From Nemertoderma westbladi (lineage: Eukaryota > Animalia > Xenacoelomorpha), in assembly GCA_032718475.1 (NCBI GenBank), contig JAUCBJ010008043.1, positions 1 through 34,973 of the forward strand: DNA of 34,973 nt, written 5' to 3'. The notes under the pieces are model-generated. The model did not search any database, was not told the DNA's origin, and saw only the letters and a program-made list of their open reading frames with translations. The translations under genes were made by a program, and so were the position numbers. Positions within the stretch are counted from its first letter, which is position 1. Each line of letters starts with the position of its first letter. Below, piece after piece: positions 11,850-23,983 of this stretch.

Positions 11850-12475
11850 GGTACAAATGAAGCTGATGGAGTTGGTACAAATGAAGCTGATGGAGTTGGT
11901 ACAAATGAAGCTGATGGAGTTGGTACAAATGAAGCTGATGGAGTTGGTACAAATGAAGCTGATGGAGTTGGTACAAATGAAGCTGATGGAGTTGGTACAA
12001 ATGAAGCTGATGGAGTTGGTATAAATGAAGCTGATGGAGTTGGTACAAATGAAGCTGATGGAGTTGGTACAAATGAAGCTGATGGAGTTGGTACAAATGA
12101 AGCTGATGGAGTTGGTACAAATGAAGCTGATGGAGTTGGTATAAATGAAGCTGATGGAGTTGGTACAAATGAAGCTGATGGAGTTGGTACAAATGAAGCT
12201 GATGGAGTTGGTACAAATGAAGCTGATGGAGTTGGTACAAATGAAGCTGATGGAGTTGGTACAAATGAAGCTGATGGAGTTGGTACAAATGAAGCTGATG
12301 GAGTTGGTACAAATGAAGCTGATGGAGTTGGTACAAATGAAGCTGATGGAGTTGGTACAAATGAAGCTGATGGAGTTGGTACAAATGAAGCTGATGGAGT
12401 TGGTACAAATGAAGCTGATGGAGTTGGTACAAATGAAGCTGATGGAGTTGGTACAAATGAAGCTGATGGAGTTGG
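11850..12475. repeat. 24-bp minisatellite (~26 units) in SSR2 intron 2
   Basis: Unit GGTACAAATGAAGCTGATGGAGTT. The only variant seen is C>T (GGTATAAAT) near 12022 and 12142. Confidence 0.98.
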
Positions 12476-12908
12476 ATCAGATTTGGAGATTCAAGGGTTC
12501 GATTGGGGTGAATGTAAAATAAACAAACAAAAATTAAATATGGCTAATGTTAAATTCTGATATATATATAGACGTGACGTGTTCTTATATCAATCTCCGT
12601 ATAGTAAAATTTATAATTTTAAATTTGTTATTTAACATTTTAGTTTTGGAAATATTTCTAAACAAGTTTTAAAAATTTAGAAATCAAAATTTTTATGTAT
12701 AAATTTCACTAACATACCGGTATCTACAAAAAAAAACCTTGCAGTGGCAGCATATACTGGTATTGACAGATGGGAGGCCATGAGGAGGTAAATTGCGGAC
12801 ATACAAGGTATCAGGTAGTATTTCCAGGTCTATCTATTACCTGGGCCGCTATAATTTGCACAAATTCATTTATGAAAGCCCCCCTATGTAATTAACTATG
12901 GAACTAAC

Positions 12909-13067
12909 CTCGCCAGGTTCGCTGGAGTATGCGTTAATCGGCTGCTGCCCCTCGGAGGGAATGTACGATACGTGAGCGGCAGTGATGTTGTGCGAACCGA
13001 CCAGCAGAGGACGCAGGACGATGGTGTGGGAAACGTTGGAGGAAGAACCGATGTGTTCCCACCGAAC
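12909..13067 (-). CDS. SSR2: TRAP-beta coding exon 2
   Basis: Acceptor tattatcttag|GTT, donor GAG|gttagt, 159 nt, phase 0/0. Translates VRWEHIGSSSNVSHTIVLRPLLVGSHNITAAHVSYIPSEGQQPINAYSSEPGE, with the conserved W..I...SNVSHT.VLRP motif. Confidence 0.96.
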
Positions 13068-13393
13068 CTAAGATAATATAAGTTACCTGTAACTTGTGTA
13101 ATGCTGATGATATGTTCCAGGGTTTGGAATTGTTTTTTTCAACTGCTTGTTTTTTTTTGTTTCGTAGTTTTTTTTAAATAAAACGTTTTTTTTTTGTTTT
13201 ATTTGTATTTTTTGTATTTTTTTTGGATTTAATGATTATAATTTTCACATTTGGTTCTTAGGAGAGAAATTTTTGATTGAGTAGGGCCCGTTTCTAGATG
13301 GTATTGGAAGATGCAGTATGAAATTAAATAACATACTACGTATAACATAGGCACCCTACTCAAGTCATAATAGTCTACATAATATTTTAAATA

Positions 13394-16300
13394 TAGTCAT
13401 TGGGGGTAAAAAAAAACATCACGATTTGTGGGATAAAAAAAAACACTGGATAACTCAAGCTCACTTAAAAATGAGAAAGTGATATTACTACCATTTGAAA
13501 GAGCGTTTTTTATTGGCTTAGTCAGTATCCAATCAAATCACCTCAGCCTACAATATGACATTGAAAATCACCTGATTTCAAGTTGTTATTATTTTGGCTG
13601 GTGGAGGGTTCCAGCCACAATATTTCCCACGCATGAATTCTATTGATTGCTTCGAATTCACCATAATGTCCCAATTCCCTTAATACTAAAGTGTCAATGC
13701 TCTTTCCAACACAAGTGGTCTCACCATATCATTCTTACCAGTTTGCTCTGTACATTGTGTTTTATTTTTACCCACCTAAAATATATGTGTGGGGTAAAAA
13801 AAAACACATGATGCCAAATGGCTAACACTAACTCTTAAGGTACGACGTGTACCTACAGTGTACTTACTATTTATAGGCCTATATTTTTGTAACCATATTT
13901 TTTAAAGAAATGTATATAACATTCTAAACAATATGCCACGTACATATCTAAAGAAACAATTGAAATGGACTGAAGAGACAGTGCGGACTGCTGTTGAGGA
14001 ATACAAGGCTGATGGCAATAAACTCAGCAAAGTACAATATGTCTGTAAATACCAGAATACCTTATATACGAGGTTGCAAGTTTCAAAGGGGTTGCGTGTG
14101 ATAGGAAACCAAGGCAGACATTCACAAGCCTGGAACTTCAACTATATGGTGTCACGGAAGGGATTGGCTACAATTGTTCATGGCTTGGAATAAACTAAGT
14201 AGTAAAAAAACTAAAACAATGCACGCGGGGAGAATCAGTGCATTAAAAAAACCCTTTCATCATCAATGACTTTTACGACAAACTTGAAAATATCTTCCAT
14301 AAAACTGATCTGAAAGATAAACCTGCGAATTGTTGGAATTTAGACGAGTCCGGCTTTCCCATGGACCCAAATAATGTTGAAACAGTATCGCGAGTTGATC
14401 AGAAAGTGGTTTCTGTGGTCGCCGGGAGTGGAAGGGAGAATATAACTACATTAGCAGTTTGTAATGCAGATGGTCGCCTATTAGACCCTTTGATAATTTT
14501 ATCTTCAAAGAGTGATCGTCTTCGACTTCCAAGAGACTGGGTAGGTGATCAAGGTATTGCCCTACCTGAGATTTTTTACGGAATAAGTCCCACTGGTTGG
14601 ATGACAACATCTGTTTTTGAAGATTGGTTCTTTGAGTTTTGTTACAAAATCACGGAACGGCCTTTGCTTCTTTTATATGATGGTCACTTGTCTCATGTAT
14701 CTATACCAACCATAAAAAAGGCTAGAAGTGAAAATATCACAATATTAAAGTTGCCTCCCCACACTACCTCCACTTTACAGCCACTTGATAAGTCAGTTTT
14801 TGGTCCCTTGAAGAAGCATTGGGCTAACCGGCTAACGAATTGGATAGTCTCCAACGGTATAGGAGAAGACGGAAAGTTAAAGGCTATGTCAAAGAAACAG
14901 TTCGTAAATCAACTATCTCAAATTTGGCATATTGGCGGTTCACCCACGAACATTCAATCAGGATTTGAATCAACTGGTATATTCCCGTTTAATCCATCGC
15001 GTTATTGTCACTTGGAAGACTTAGATTTGGGGCTGAAAGATAAGTATGTAAAGTGGGTCCAAGATGGGCGACCAACCGTCTGTGATAACACTGGTGAGCC
15101 AGTGACCCAGGAAGAGGATTCAGACAAGGACGGGGCCCAGGGAGAAGTTTCAATCGCAGACGGGAGTAATACGGGACCTGTACAAATTGAGGAATCTGTT
15201 ATAGCATCACCAACTGTTAACAGTTTATCCACTTCGTTCCTTTCACCACCAAATACCACCAGTTCAGTCACTTCTGCCCGTTGGGCTTGGGTACCTTTAA
15301 CAACACCCACAGAGCCATCCACATCTACGGCACCAACAGGATCTGGTCAATGGATTATGGTTTCGAATGAATTATTTCCGACTTCAGGAAGGTCAACACC
15401 AACATCAGTCACTTCTGAAGGGCCAAAGAAATCCTTTGCTGAGTTATTTCTAGAGAACTTTGGAAAAAATAAATCTAAACCTAAACAGAAAGGCAGACGA
15501 ATTCAAATGAAAGCAAGTGTCATTACACAGGATGACGTTTTTAAACAAATCGAAAAAGAAATCGAGGATAAAAAGGAGATTGAAAAGAAAAATTTAGCTA
15601 AAAAAAACGCAAGTTAAGAAAATAGCTAAGAAACGCAAGGTTGTAATCTCATCTTCGGAATCAGAGTCTCTAGATCAATCACGTGTCTTCCAGGGGTTTG
15701 GTGACTCCGAGAATGAGTTTGAAGTTTCATCTGATTCTTATGTAGATGAACCAACGTCATCGTCAAAAGAACCTACAAAGATGAAGGGGGGAAAGGATAT
15801 TCTTGTAGACGAAATTCAAGCTGTGCAACGTTATATTTTACCGAAACTAACAAAGATGAAGTGAAATCAAAATTTTTTGCGGTAGCCTATGAGAAATCAT
15901 TTTATTTCGGTCAGCCATTGAAGCTCTTTAGCAATGATTGTGAGTCATTAGTAGATCAGATTGAATTCCAGTTTTATACATACAAAGGTGATGATGAGTT
16001 CGAAATAAAAACCGGTGATATTAGCATTGTAAACTCAAACTATGTATTTTTTGGTCCGATGACTGGCAAGAAACTAAAAGGAGGAGGAATATTCCGATTT
16101 GATGTGAAACTGCTAACAATTGTGCGTCTCAAGTATGAATCTATGCGCCAACACCAACTTTGTTAATCAAAATATGCTCGTATATATGATTACTTGTATG
16201 ATACTTAATTAAAAATCAATAATAAATACTGAAATATTAAATATAATCAATTGCACTGCAATGATTCCCCACTTGAAACCGTGTTTTTTATTTACCCACT

Positions 16301-16515
16301 CTTGTTTTTGTTTTACCCCATTTTGGGGTAAAAAAAAACCATCACTTTTTTGACCACAATTTCTTTAAAAATATGTTAGGTAATGATGTTTGATGATCAT
16401 TAAATTGCATTTTTGATTAGCTTTCAGACAATACCAAATTTATTGAAATCCATGGAATATTAATACATTTATTCACAAAAAAAGGGAAATTGTTTTTTTT
16501 TACCCCCAATGACTA
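13394..16515 (+). mobile_element. pogo-superfamily (Fot-like, DD35D) DNA transposon in SSR2 intron 1
   Basis: Perfect 25-bp TIR TAGTCATTGGGGGTAAAAAAAAACA at 13394-13418 and 16491-16515, flanked by TA on both sides. Contains a DDE_1-type transposase. Confidence 0.93.
13933..16166 (+). pseudogene. Frameshifted DDE_1 (pogo/CENP-B-like) transposase
   Basis: N-terminal psq-like HTH (MPRTYLKK..KWTEETVRTAVE). Catalytic motifs WNLDESGF (~14334), LLLYDGHLSH and LPPHTTSTLQPLD, with 35 residues between the 2nd and 3rd Asp. Split over ORFs 13933-14193, 14361-15617 and 15861-16166. Confidence 0.9.
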
Positions 16516-16783
16516 TACATATGAAACATAAAAAAAAAAAAAAATACATAAAAAACAAAACATTCATATAAAAAAACACTTGTTTTGTAGTTTTTGAGGG
16601 ATGTTCTAACTGTGTGTTATTTGCCCCCCCCCCCCCCCCCCATCCCCACAAACATTGAAAACTGAAAAGTTTCATAAATTATATAAGAATCTAAGAAAAA
16701 TTAACCAGTTCGGTCACCCAGAACTATACTCCCCCCTATGGGGCGCCGCGCCGTTCTGGTCAAATAAACAAGTGCTTCCCGCA

Positions 16784-18320
16784 GCGAGATTGATTTCCCC
16801 TACGAGATTGATTTCCCCCTACGAGATTGACTGGCTACGAGATTGATTTCCCGCTACGAGATTGACCTGCTACGAAATTGATTTCCCGCTACGAGATTGA
16901 TTTCCCGCTACGAGATTGATCTCCCACTACGAGATTGACCGGCTATGAGATTGATTTCCCGCTACGAGATTGACCGGCTATGAGATTGATTTCCCGCTAC
17001 GAAATTGATTTCTCACTACGAGATTGACCAGCTACGAGATTGACCCGCTACGAGATTGATTTCCCCTACGAGATTGACCCTCTACGAGATTGATTTCCCC
17101 TACGAGATTGACCCGCTACATGATTGATTTCCGGCTACGAGATTGATTTCTCACTACGAGATTGACCCACTACAAGATTGATTTCCCCTATGAGATTGAC
17201 CCGCTACATGATTGATTTCCCGAAATGAGATTGATTTATCGCTACGAGATTGACCTGCTACAAGATTGATTTCCCGCTACGAGATTGACCAGCTACGAGA
17301 TTGACCCTCTACGAGATTGATTTCCCCTACGAGATTGACCCGCTACATGATTGATTTCCGGCTACGAGATGGATTTCTCACTACGAGATTGATTTCCCCT
17401 ACGAGATTGATTTCCCCTACGAGATTGACCCACTACGAGATTGATTTCCCCTACGAGATTGACCCGCTACATGATTGATTTCCCCTATGAGATTGACCCT
17501 CTACATGATTGATTTCCCCTGCAAGATTGACCCGCTACATGATTGATTTCCCACTACAAGATTGACCAGCTACGAGATTGACCCACTACGAGATTGATTT
17601 CCCCTACACGATTGACCCGCTATGAGATTGATTTCCCCTAGGAGATTGATTTCCCCTACGAGATTGACCAGCTACGAGATTGACCCACTACGAGATTGAT
17701 TTCCCCTAGGAGATTGATTTCCCGCTACGTGATTGATTTCCCGCTACAGGAATGATTTCCCACTACGAGATTGATTTCCCGCTATGAGATTGATTTCCTG
17801 CTATGAGGTTGACCTGCTACGAGATTGATTTCCCCTACGAGATTGACCCGCTATGTGATTGATTTCCCGCTACGAGATTGATTTCTCCTATGAGATTGAC
17901 CCACTATGAGATTGATTTCCTGCTACGAGATTGATTTATCGCTACGAGATTGATTTTCCGCTACGGGAATGATTTCCCACTACAAGATTGATTTCACGCT
18001 ATGAGACTGATTTCCCGCTATGAGATTGACCTGCTACAAGATTGATTTCCCCTACGAGATTGACCCGCTATGTGATTGATTTCCCTCTACGAGATTGATT
18101 TCCCCTATGAGATTGACCCACTATGAGATTGATTTCCTGCTACGAGATTGATTTATCGCTACGAGATTGATTTATCGCTACGAGAATGATTTCCCACTAC
18201 GAAATTGATTTCCTGCTACGAGATTGTTTTCCCGCTACGAAACTGATTTCCCGCTACGAGATGGATTTCCCGCTACGGTACGAGATTGATTTCCCGCTAC
18301 GAGATTGATTTCCCGCTACG
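16784..18320. repeat. Composite 19/16-bp tandem array in SSR2 intron 1
   Basis: Core CTACGAGATTGA followed by either TTTCCC(G/C/A) (19-mer) or a 4-nt CCCG-like tail (16-mer), roughly 85 units. Confidence 0.96.
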
Positions 18321-18621
18321 GCCTATACTATATCAGCTACCGGTAGCGTCAGACCGTAGGCCCTATCAGCCTATGTTGCCCTATGTTGCAACATACAGAC
18401 ATAAACAATGCAGCATTGGCATTAATTCTGTAATTTATAGAACAGTAGAATCTGATGAGTTAGGCAGTTAGGGTTAGTTGGTCAGACCTCTACCTGTCTA
18501 CCATACTGCCATAATTAAAAATGTCATGTAACCCTAACGCTAACCCGAACTGCTAACCCTGCACTGTGACTATCATACTGTCATATCACTATTCTAAATT
18601 TGAAATTGAAAAAAAACTAAC

Positions 18622-18867
18622 TTTGCTAAGGCCACTGATATGTTTGAACTCGGAAGTTTTGAAAGATGTATCTGTAAGTTCGACACCGGTAGCGGAACTA
18701 GGTCCGACGTTGTAGAGTTCGTAATGGACAGTTAGATCCTTTCCAGTCACCACAACCTGATTGAGCACTGTCTTGGAAATAAGGAGACGTGCGCTTTTGT
18801 CGTCAGCTCGAATAAACCCAACGTATGCCACTAGTAAAAACAAGGTGGTTAACATCCAACCAGACAT
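18622..18867 (-). CDS. SSR2: TRAP-beta coding exon 1 (signal peptide and luminal domain)
   Basis: MSGWMLTTLFLLVAYVGFIRA-DDKSARLLISKTVLNQVVVTGKDLTVHYELYNVGPSSATGVELTDTSF matches SSR2 (ARLL.SK..LN...V.G.DLT..Y..YNVG.S.A..VEL.D.SF). Phase-0 donor AAA|gttagt at 18622/18621. The three exons join to 190 aa. Confidence 0.96.
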
Positions 18868-19249
18868 TTTCAGATTTTGTACGGGTAACTAGAGCCCTGG
18901 AGCCAGTACAGCAGTAAGTTATATCCAAGCAATCCACAATCCTGCAATCCGTGATCAGGTTCAGCTGTTCAGAGATACAAGTACAAATCCTGAAATCTGT
19001 ACAATACCGGTACTGCTGTACTGTGGTAGGTCAACCTAGTCTGACAGTGCTGAGGTGACACAGATATCTGCTGATCTGGTACCGGACCGGTACGGTTATT
19101 CAGTACAGTACAGCAGTAGTTAAGTATGAAGTAGTCCTACCGGTACCGGTACTGGCTGACTTGTAAAGCTGGGTTGACGTTACATGTTAATCAGTTTCAG
19201 TTAATTGACTAATTGACACTGTCAGACTAGAACACTCTGACACGGTTAA

Positions 19250-19433
19250 ACGACCTTAGATCCTGCAGGGCCTGACTTTGATGAACTTAGATATTTGCGA
19301 ACTTAGTTCCTATATAAGCGAACATAGATCCACGCTACCCTGAACTGGGTGAACTTAGATCCTAAATATGTGAACTTAGATCCTAACTAGGTGAACTTAA
19401 CTCCTAACGAGGTGAACTTAGATCCTAACTAGG
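19250..19433. repeat. Imperfect ~21-bp tandem repeat upstream of SSR2
   Basis: About 8 copies of a GAACTTAGATCCT-like core. The last four are spaced exactly 21 bp apart (GGTGAACTTAGATCCTAACTA). Confidence 0.85.
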
Positions 19434-19525
19434 CAGGCCCGTATCGTGCGGGGGGGGGGGGGGGGGGGCTTTGGGGGCACTGCCCCCCCCCCCCCCCCCC
19501 CCAGAAGACCCACTGCCCCCCCAGA
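19434..19525 (+). mobile_element. Probable MITE/hAT-like terminus with poly-G and poly-C runs
   Basis: CAGGCCCGTA start followed by a G-run, GGGGGCACTGCCCCC and a C-run. It abruptly truncates the 21-bp repeat. No partner end was identified. Confidence 0.4.
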
Positions 19526-20311
19526 CATGTATTGTTCACTCGTCTTATTCACAATTAATTAATAATAATATTGTTGGTAATCAATAAAATTGGATTCACA
19601 TACTGTACTCCTGCCCACTGACCTGACCTGACTCCCCACCATTCCATTTGGTCCAATTATATAATACTACATGACATTACAGTAATATACTTACCTACCT
19701 GCCTGTAATTACTAAAAATACTCGAAAGCTCTAGGTTCTCTCTCATTGGCTACCAGAGTGGAGGGGTTGTTTGATGTTGACCCATTGTCTATTTGCTTGT
19801 AGTTTGGGAGCCAGCTTGCAGCTAAAATGCTAGGCGCTGAGGGTTGCTTGCGCTGGTATCTATAGCTATAATTTGTTGTAACTTAACCTTAACCATATTA
19901 TACCTGAAGTACAGCACGCCAGCGTCGCGCAGCACGTAATATAAACTTATGTAAGTGTAATCTTGAAAGAAAAATAAGCAAAATCTAAGCAGATGCCCTT
20001 GATCACTTTACACCAGCCTAGAGGCAGGCTTTAAAACTGCAGTCGATTTAACCCTTGTGCTCTCTTTGAGGTCATTTTTGACCCATCGAAGATTTCAACT
20101 TACACAATTTTATCACACATTGATATTTTATCTCGAAATTTTGTGACATTTATTATTTTATAGTAGCCTACTTCTCAATTAGAAAAACAAAAATGTAAAA
20201 ATTTGCAAGGGGGTCTATTCAATTTTACAATTTATAGGGGCCTACACATATTGACTTTGAGGTCAAATTTCACCTCATCGTGTTTTGTACTTGTACCATT
20301 CAATATCAACG

Positions 20312-20956
20312 AAAAACTTTAATGAATTTCAACTCAGTTCGCAAATCAGATGTCATCAAATGAGCCCAAACTTCGATAGATACCAAAATTTTGATTTGGG
20401 GATGACAAGAAATATTCCCACAGGCACATGGCAAGTTCCCGCCCTTGGTGCAAGTGAGTCATATTCCCCATTTTTGTGATGATCAACGTCTAGTATTCCT
20501 ACTGCATTGATATTATGTTCATTTAGAACCGCAATGACCGATTTAGTTGTTGTAGACACCTTCAAAACAAGCATAGAGCGAATTGTTTTTGAGATATTTG
20601 TCAGGTATTTGTCAATATCGCATCAAGGCGCTAATTTTGACTTGTGCCAGACTTCACATTATCTGCAATATCTCAAAAAGTATTCGCTCTATGCATGTTT
20701 TGAAGGTGTCTACACCAACTAAATCGGTCATTGCGGTTCTATTGAGCATAAATATCAATGCAGTAGGAATAATAGAAGTTGAACATCACAAAAATGGGGA
20801 ATATGACTCACTTGCACCAATGGCGGGAACTGGCTATGTACCTGTGGGAATATTTCCTGTCATCCCCAAATCAAAATTTTGGTATCTATCGAAGTTTAGG
20901 CTCATTTTATGACATCTGATGTGCAAACTGAGTCGAAATTCGACAACAAGTTTTTT
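20312..20956. repeat. Long inverted repeat (foldback), ~290-bp arms and ~55-bp loop
   Basis: For example CTTCGATAGATACCAAAATTTTGATTTGGGGATGACA (20371) versus TGTCATCCCCAAATCAAAATTTTGGTATCTATCGAAG (20858). The ORF track shows near-identical peptides on opposite strands. Confidence 0.95.
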
Positions 20957-21004
20957 GGATCACCCAAACCCTCCCATTTACCTGAGGTCAAAATTGACCT
21001 CAAA

Positions 21005-23983
21005 CAGTGCCGGATTAAGCCTCTGGTGGCCCTAAGGCACATTTTAGTAATTTCCAAAAATGGCCCAAAAATTGATATTTTTCCGCAAACCATTTCAAAA
21101 GACACAGAGCTGCTAAAAACAACTGAAATTGTAAAAATGTTGCGAAGGAAATATAAAGTATTTTCGTTGGATGACTGACTGCGTGCAAATAACTACTAAG
21201 TACTTTAACCCTAATAAGTAACCATAATAAGTACTTTAATAATACGTACTGTAAGTAGGCCTACTTTGCAAAAATAGTTTTCATCAAGAATTGTAACATT
21301 ACTAAACGGCATATTATGCCTATAAAACCTTTGCTATAAAAAGTGTAATGGTTTTGATAGAATTTCTCAAGCTTTAATTTTTTAACATATTAATGGGACC
21401 ATTACTGCATTATCCAAAATCTATTTGTTTAATTTATAAAGCTACTATTCTGAAACTTTAACACAATGATCTGTGATCTTTTATAAACTACAGTATGAAA
21501 ACTGAGTATTGATAGATTCATAAACCGTTTGTTCGAAAAATATGGCACTTTTTGAGCAGGTCGGTTTTTTTAAAATTAGGTGCAAAAAAAATGTTACAAA
21601 ATCGGCTCTAGAAAATCCAAATGGCCATGTTTTACAAAACCAACGAGAGTACAGTAGTCCAAAAGCCGCCCATGTGAAGAATACCAGGTTTTCACTTTTC
21701 GGTCGACTTTTTATTGGAATTTTATATAGGAAGATTTTTTATTATTTTTTAATTTAACTTTATAATAATTAGTTTATTGTTTTGGTTAGATTAAGCCTTT
21801 CTGTAACCTGTGTTTTTGGTGAAAACCTGGTATTCTTCACTTGGGGGTAACTGCAAAGTGAAATATAACGGCAGAAAGTCTGGTATGTCATAGAAAAGGA
21901 CTGGAAAGTCACATGGGCCCCAAAAGCTGCTGAACATTTTGGTAGGGCCTATCCTATATGTTTGATGGCAATTGACTAAAAAATAATACAGTAGTAGGGA
22001 ATTTAGTGAAGAAAAAGTCAAAATCGACAAACTGATAAAAAGGTTGTTTTACACAGAGAGTAATAAATATCAGCAATATATTATGTTGTTGAAAATAAAA
22101 GTTTTGAGGTCATAAAATAATTCAATGTATAAAACCGATATCACCTTATGAAAGCCCTTCTATCAAACTACAAAAAATTGTACAAATTTTCGAAAATTTC
22201 ATTTCTGTGGTGGGTATAGTTGGCCCCCTTAACCCTTTGACGGCGCAAGCGGGTGGTGTCCGTTGATGACATGCGCGGCAGACGGGCACCGCCCGTTACT
22301 GTTCTATTCTTTGCTATAGTGATTTGTTATGGCGCCGGTTTTCAATGCAGTAGCATTCCCAGCCGGCAGACATGCAGTCAATATCTAAGTGTATAATAAA
22401 TTAGCCTATGACGCATCACCTCCAGCTGATTTAGCATCTGAGTTTTATACTTGGGTTGGTTTACATTGGGTTATAACAAAGAATAGTTAGTCATTGTTCC
22501 CCATTTACTGCTTTATTCCTCAACACAGTTGAATGTGTAATGTTGCAAAGTTTTGTAAAGCTTAATAAATTAATAAATCAATCCACCATGCTGGAATATT
22601 TGTCACATGCATAACATAACCTTCTTACTCTATTATAATATATTATAATAATAATAATAACAATAATAATAATATTATAATATTTATATTTCCATTTCCT
22701 ATAATAATAACACGGTAAAACTAGGCCAAAATGGTGATAGAAGTTAAATATCTGTTTTTATTTTACCTTTAGTAGTACCCTGCCTAGATTAGTACAATTT
22801 CTTCAAAATAAATTTTGAAAAAAAATTTTGAAAAAAATTTTGAAAAAATTTTTTGTACTATGAAGTGAAGGTACACTACTACAGGTAAAATTTTGAAAAA
22901 AATGTTTTGAAAATTTTTTTTTAGTTTTTAATTTCCAGGGTTTTTACAAATTAAAAAAAAAAATTTAACTTTTTTCTATAGCCGGTTTTCAATGCAGAAA
23001 ATTTTTATTAAGCCGGCGTTAAAGGGTAAAGGCTGACTGGCTCCTGTAGGCATTTAGCAATTTTGATCGGATCGTGGGAATGTGTTATTTATTTTCTGTA
23101 GGGTAGGTTTTGCACGGTACTTATCTTTACAGGACTTGCTGAGAAATATAACACACCAAAAGTGTGGGGCTTAGTGCAAAAATATAATATTTCTGATCTA
23201 TATTTGGACTTGCTGAGAAAGTAATGTTCTTCGATAAGAGAAAAGTCTCGGAAATAAGTAATTTTTGTCACTAATTTTAATTTACCAAATTCAATTATGC
23301 TGCCCAATTATGCTTAAATTAGGTTTTGCAGGAATTGCACCTAAAAGGCCATCGAATGCAAAATTCAATACACGTGAGCAGAACATCTGAATTTCGGTTA
23401 AATTGAATTTGTGTCGAGAAGTTATTTCTGATACGTTTTTTTTATCAACAACTATTCTATCCTTTTTTTTATCTATTAGGGGCTATATTTATAAAACTCG
23501 TTTCCGGTAAAAAAAATTATTTTCGCACTACCATATCTCCACGCCATACATTTACTATGAACAGTATTTCCAGTATGTCACCACGTAATTATTGGGTTGT
23601 TCTCGAAAGTTTAAGAGCATAACTACAAATAATTCCCCACAAATAGATAAAATTAAATTATCCATTGTTCATAATTAGCACTTTAAAGTTTTACTGCCCA
23701 TGTTTTATTATTTCCCTGCCATCAGGTCTCGAACTAATAACACAGCACCTGTCGGGCGACTGAGCTAGAATTTTGCACTTTCTATCACAAATTTAGGGAT
23801 AGAAAGTAGTCGAAAGATGCACTTTCTTGCTCTCTTTTCTATACATTATAGTGAGAAAAAATGTGGACTTTTCAGATAAAAATATTTTTTTTCACAAGAA
23901 TGACTCGCTGAGAAAAAATGGCCCGTATTTTCGGCTGGCCCTAAGGCACGTGCCTTATATGCCTTAAGGTTAATCCGGCACTG
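21005..23983. mobile_element. Non-autonomous hAT element nested in the piggyBac-like element
   Basis: 14-bp TIR CAGTGCCGGATTAA / TTAATCCGGCACTG. Perfect 8-bp TSD ACCTCAAA at 20997-21004 and 23984-23991. Subterminal GGCCCTAAGGCAC at both ends. Confidence 0.93.
22233..23026. mobile_element. Small piggyBac-like MITE nested in the hAT element
   Basis: TTAA CCCTTTGACGGCG ... CGGCGTTAAAGGG TAAA (imperfect TIR and right TSD). Internal direct repeat GCCGGTTTTCAATGCAG at 22334 and 22981. Contains (AAT)n and AAAATTTTGAAAA repeats. Confidence 0.65.

Noticed and set aside
11839-12560. GTNEADGV, LYQLHQLH and MKLMELVQ repeat ORFs
   Set aside because: They are translations of a 24-bp minisatellite lying within SSR2 intron 2.
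16784-18320. CRISPR-like array (constant core plus variable part)
   Set aside because: The variable parts are only 4-7 nt and mutually related rather than unique spacers. The context is a eukaryotic intron with no cas genes.
18528-18560. Telomere-like AACCCT motifs
   Set aside because: Only two or three degenerate copies, too short to call an interstitial telomere or an element end.
20285-21178. Pair of similar small ORFs on opposite strands suggesting duplicated genes
   Set aside because: They are a by-product of the long inverted repeat inside a non-coding transposon.
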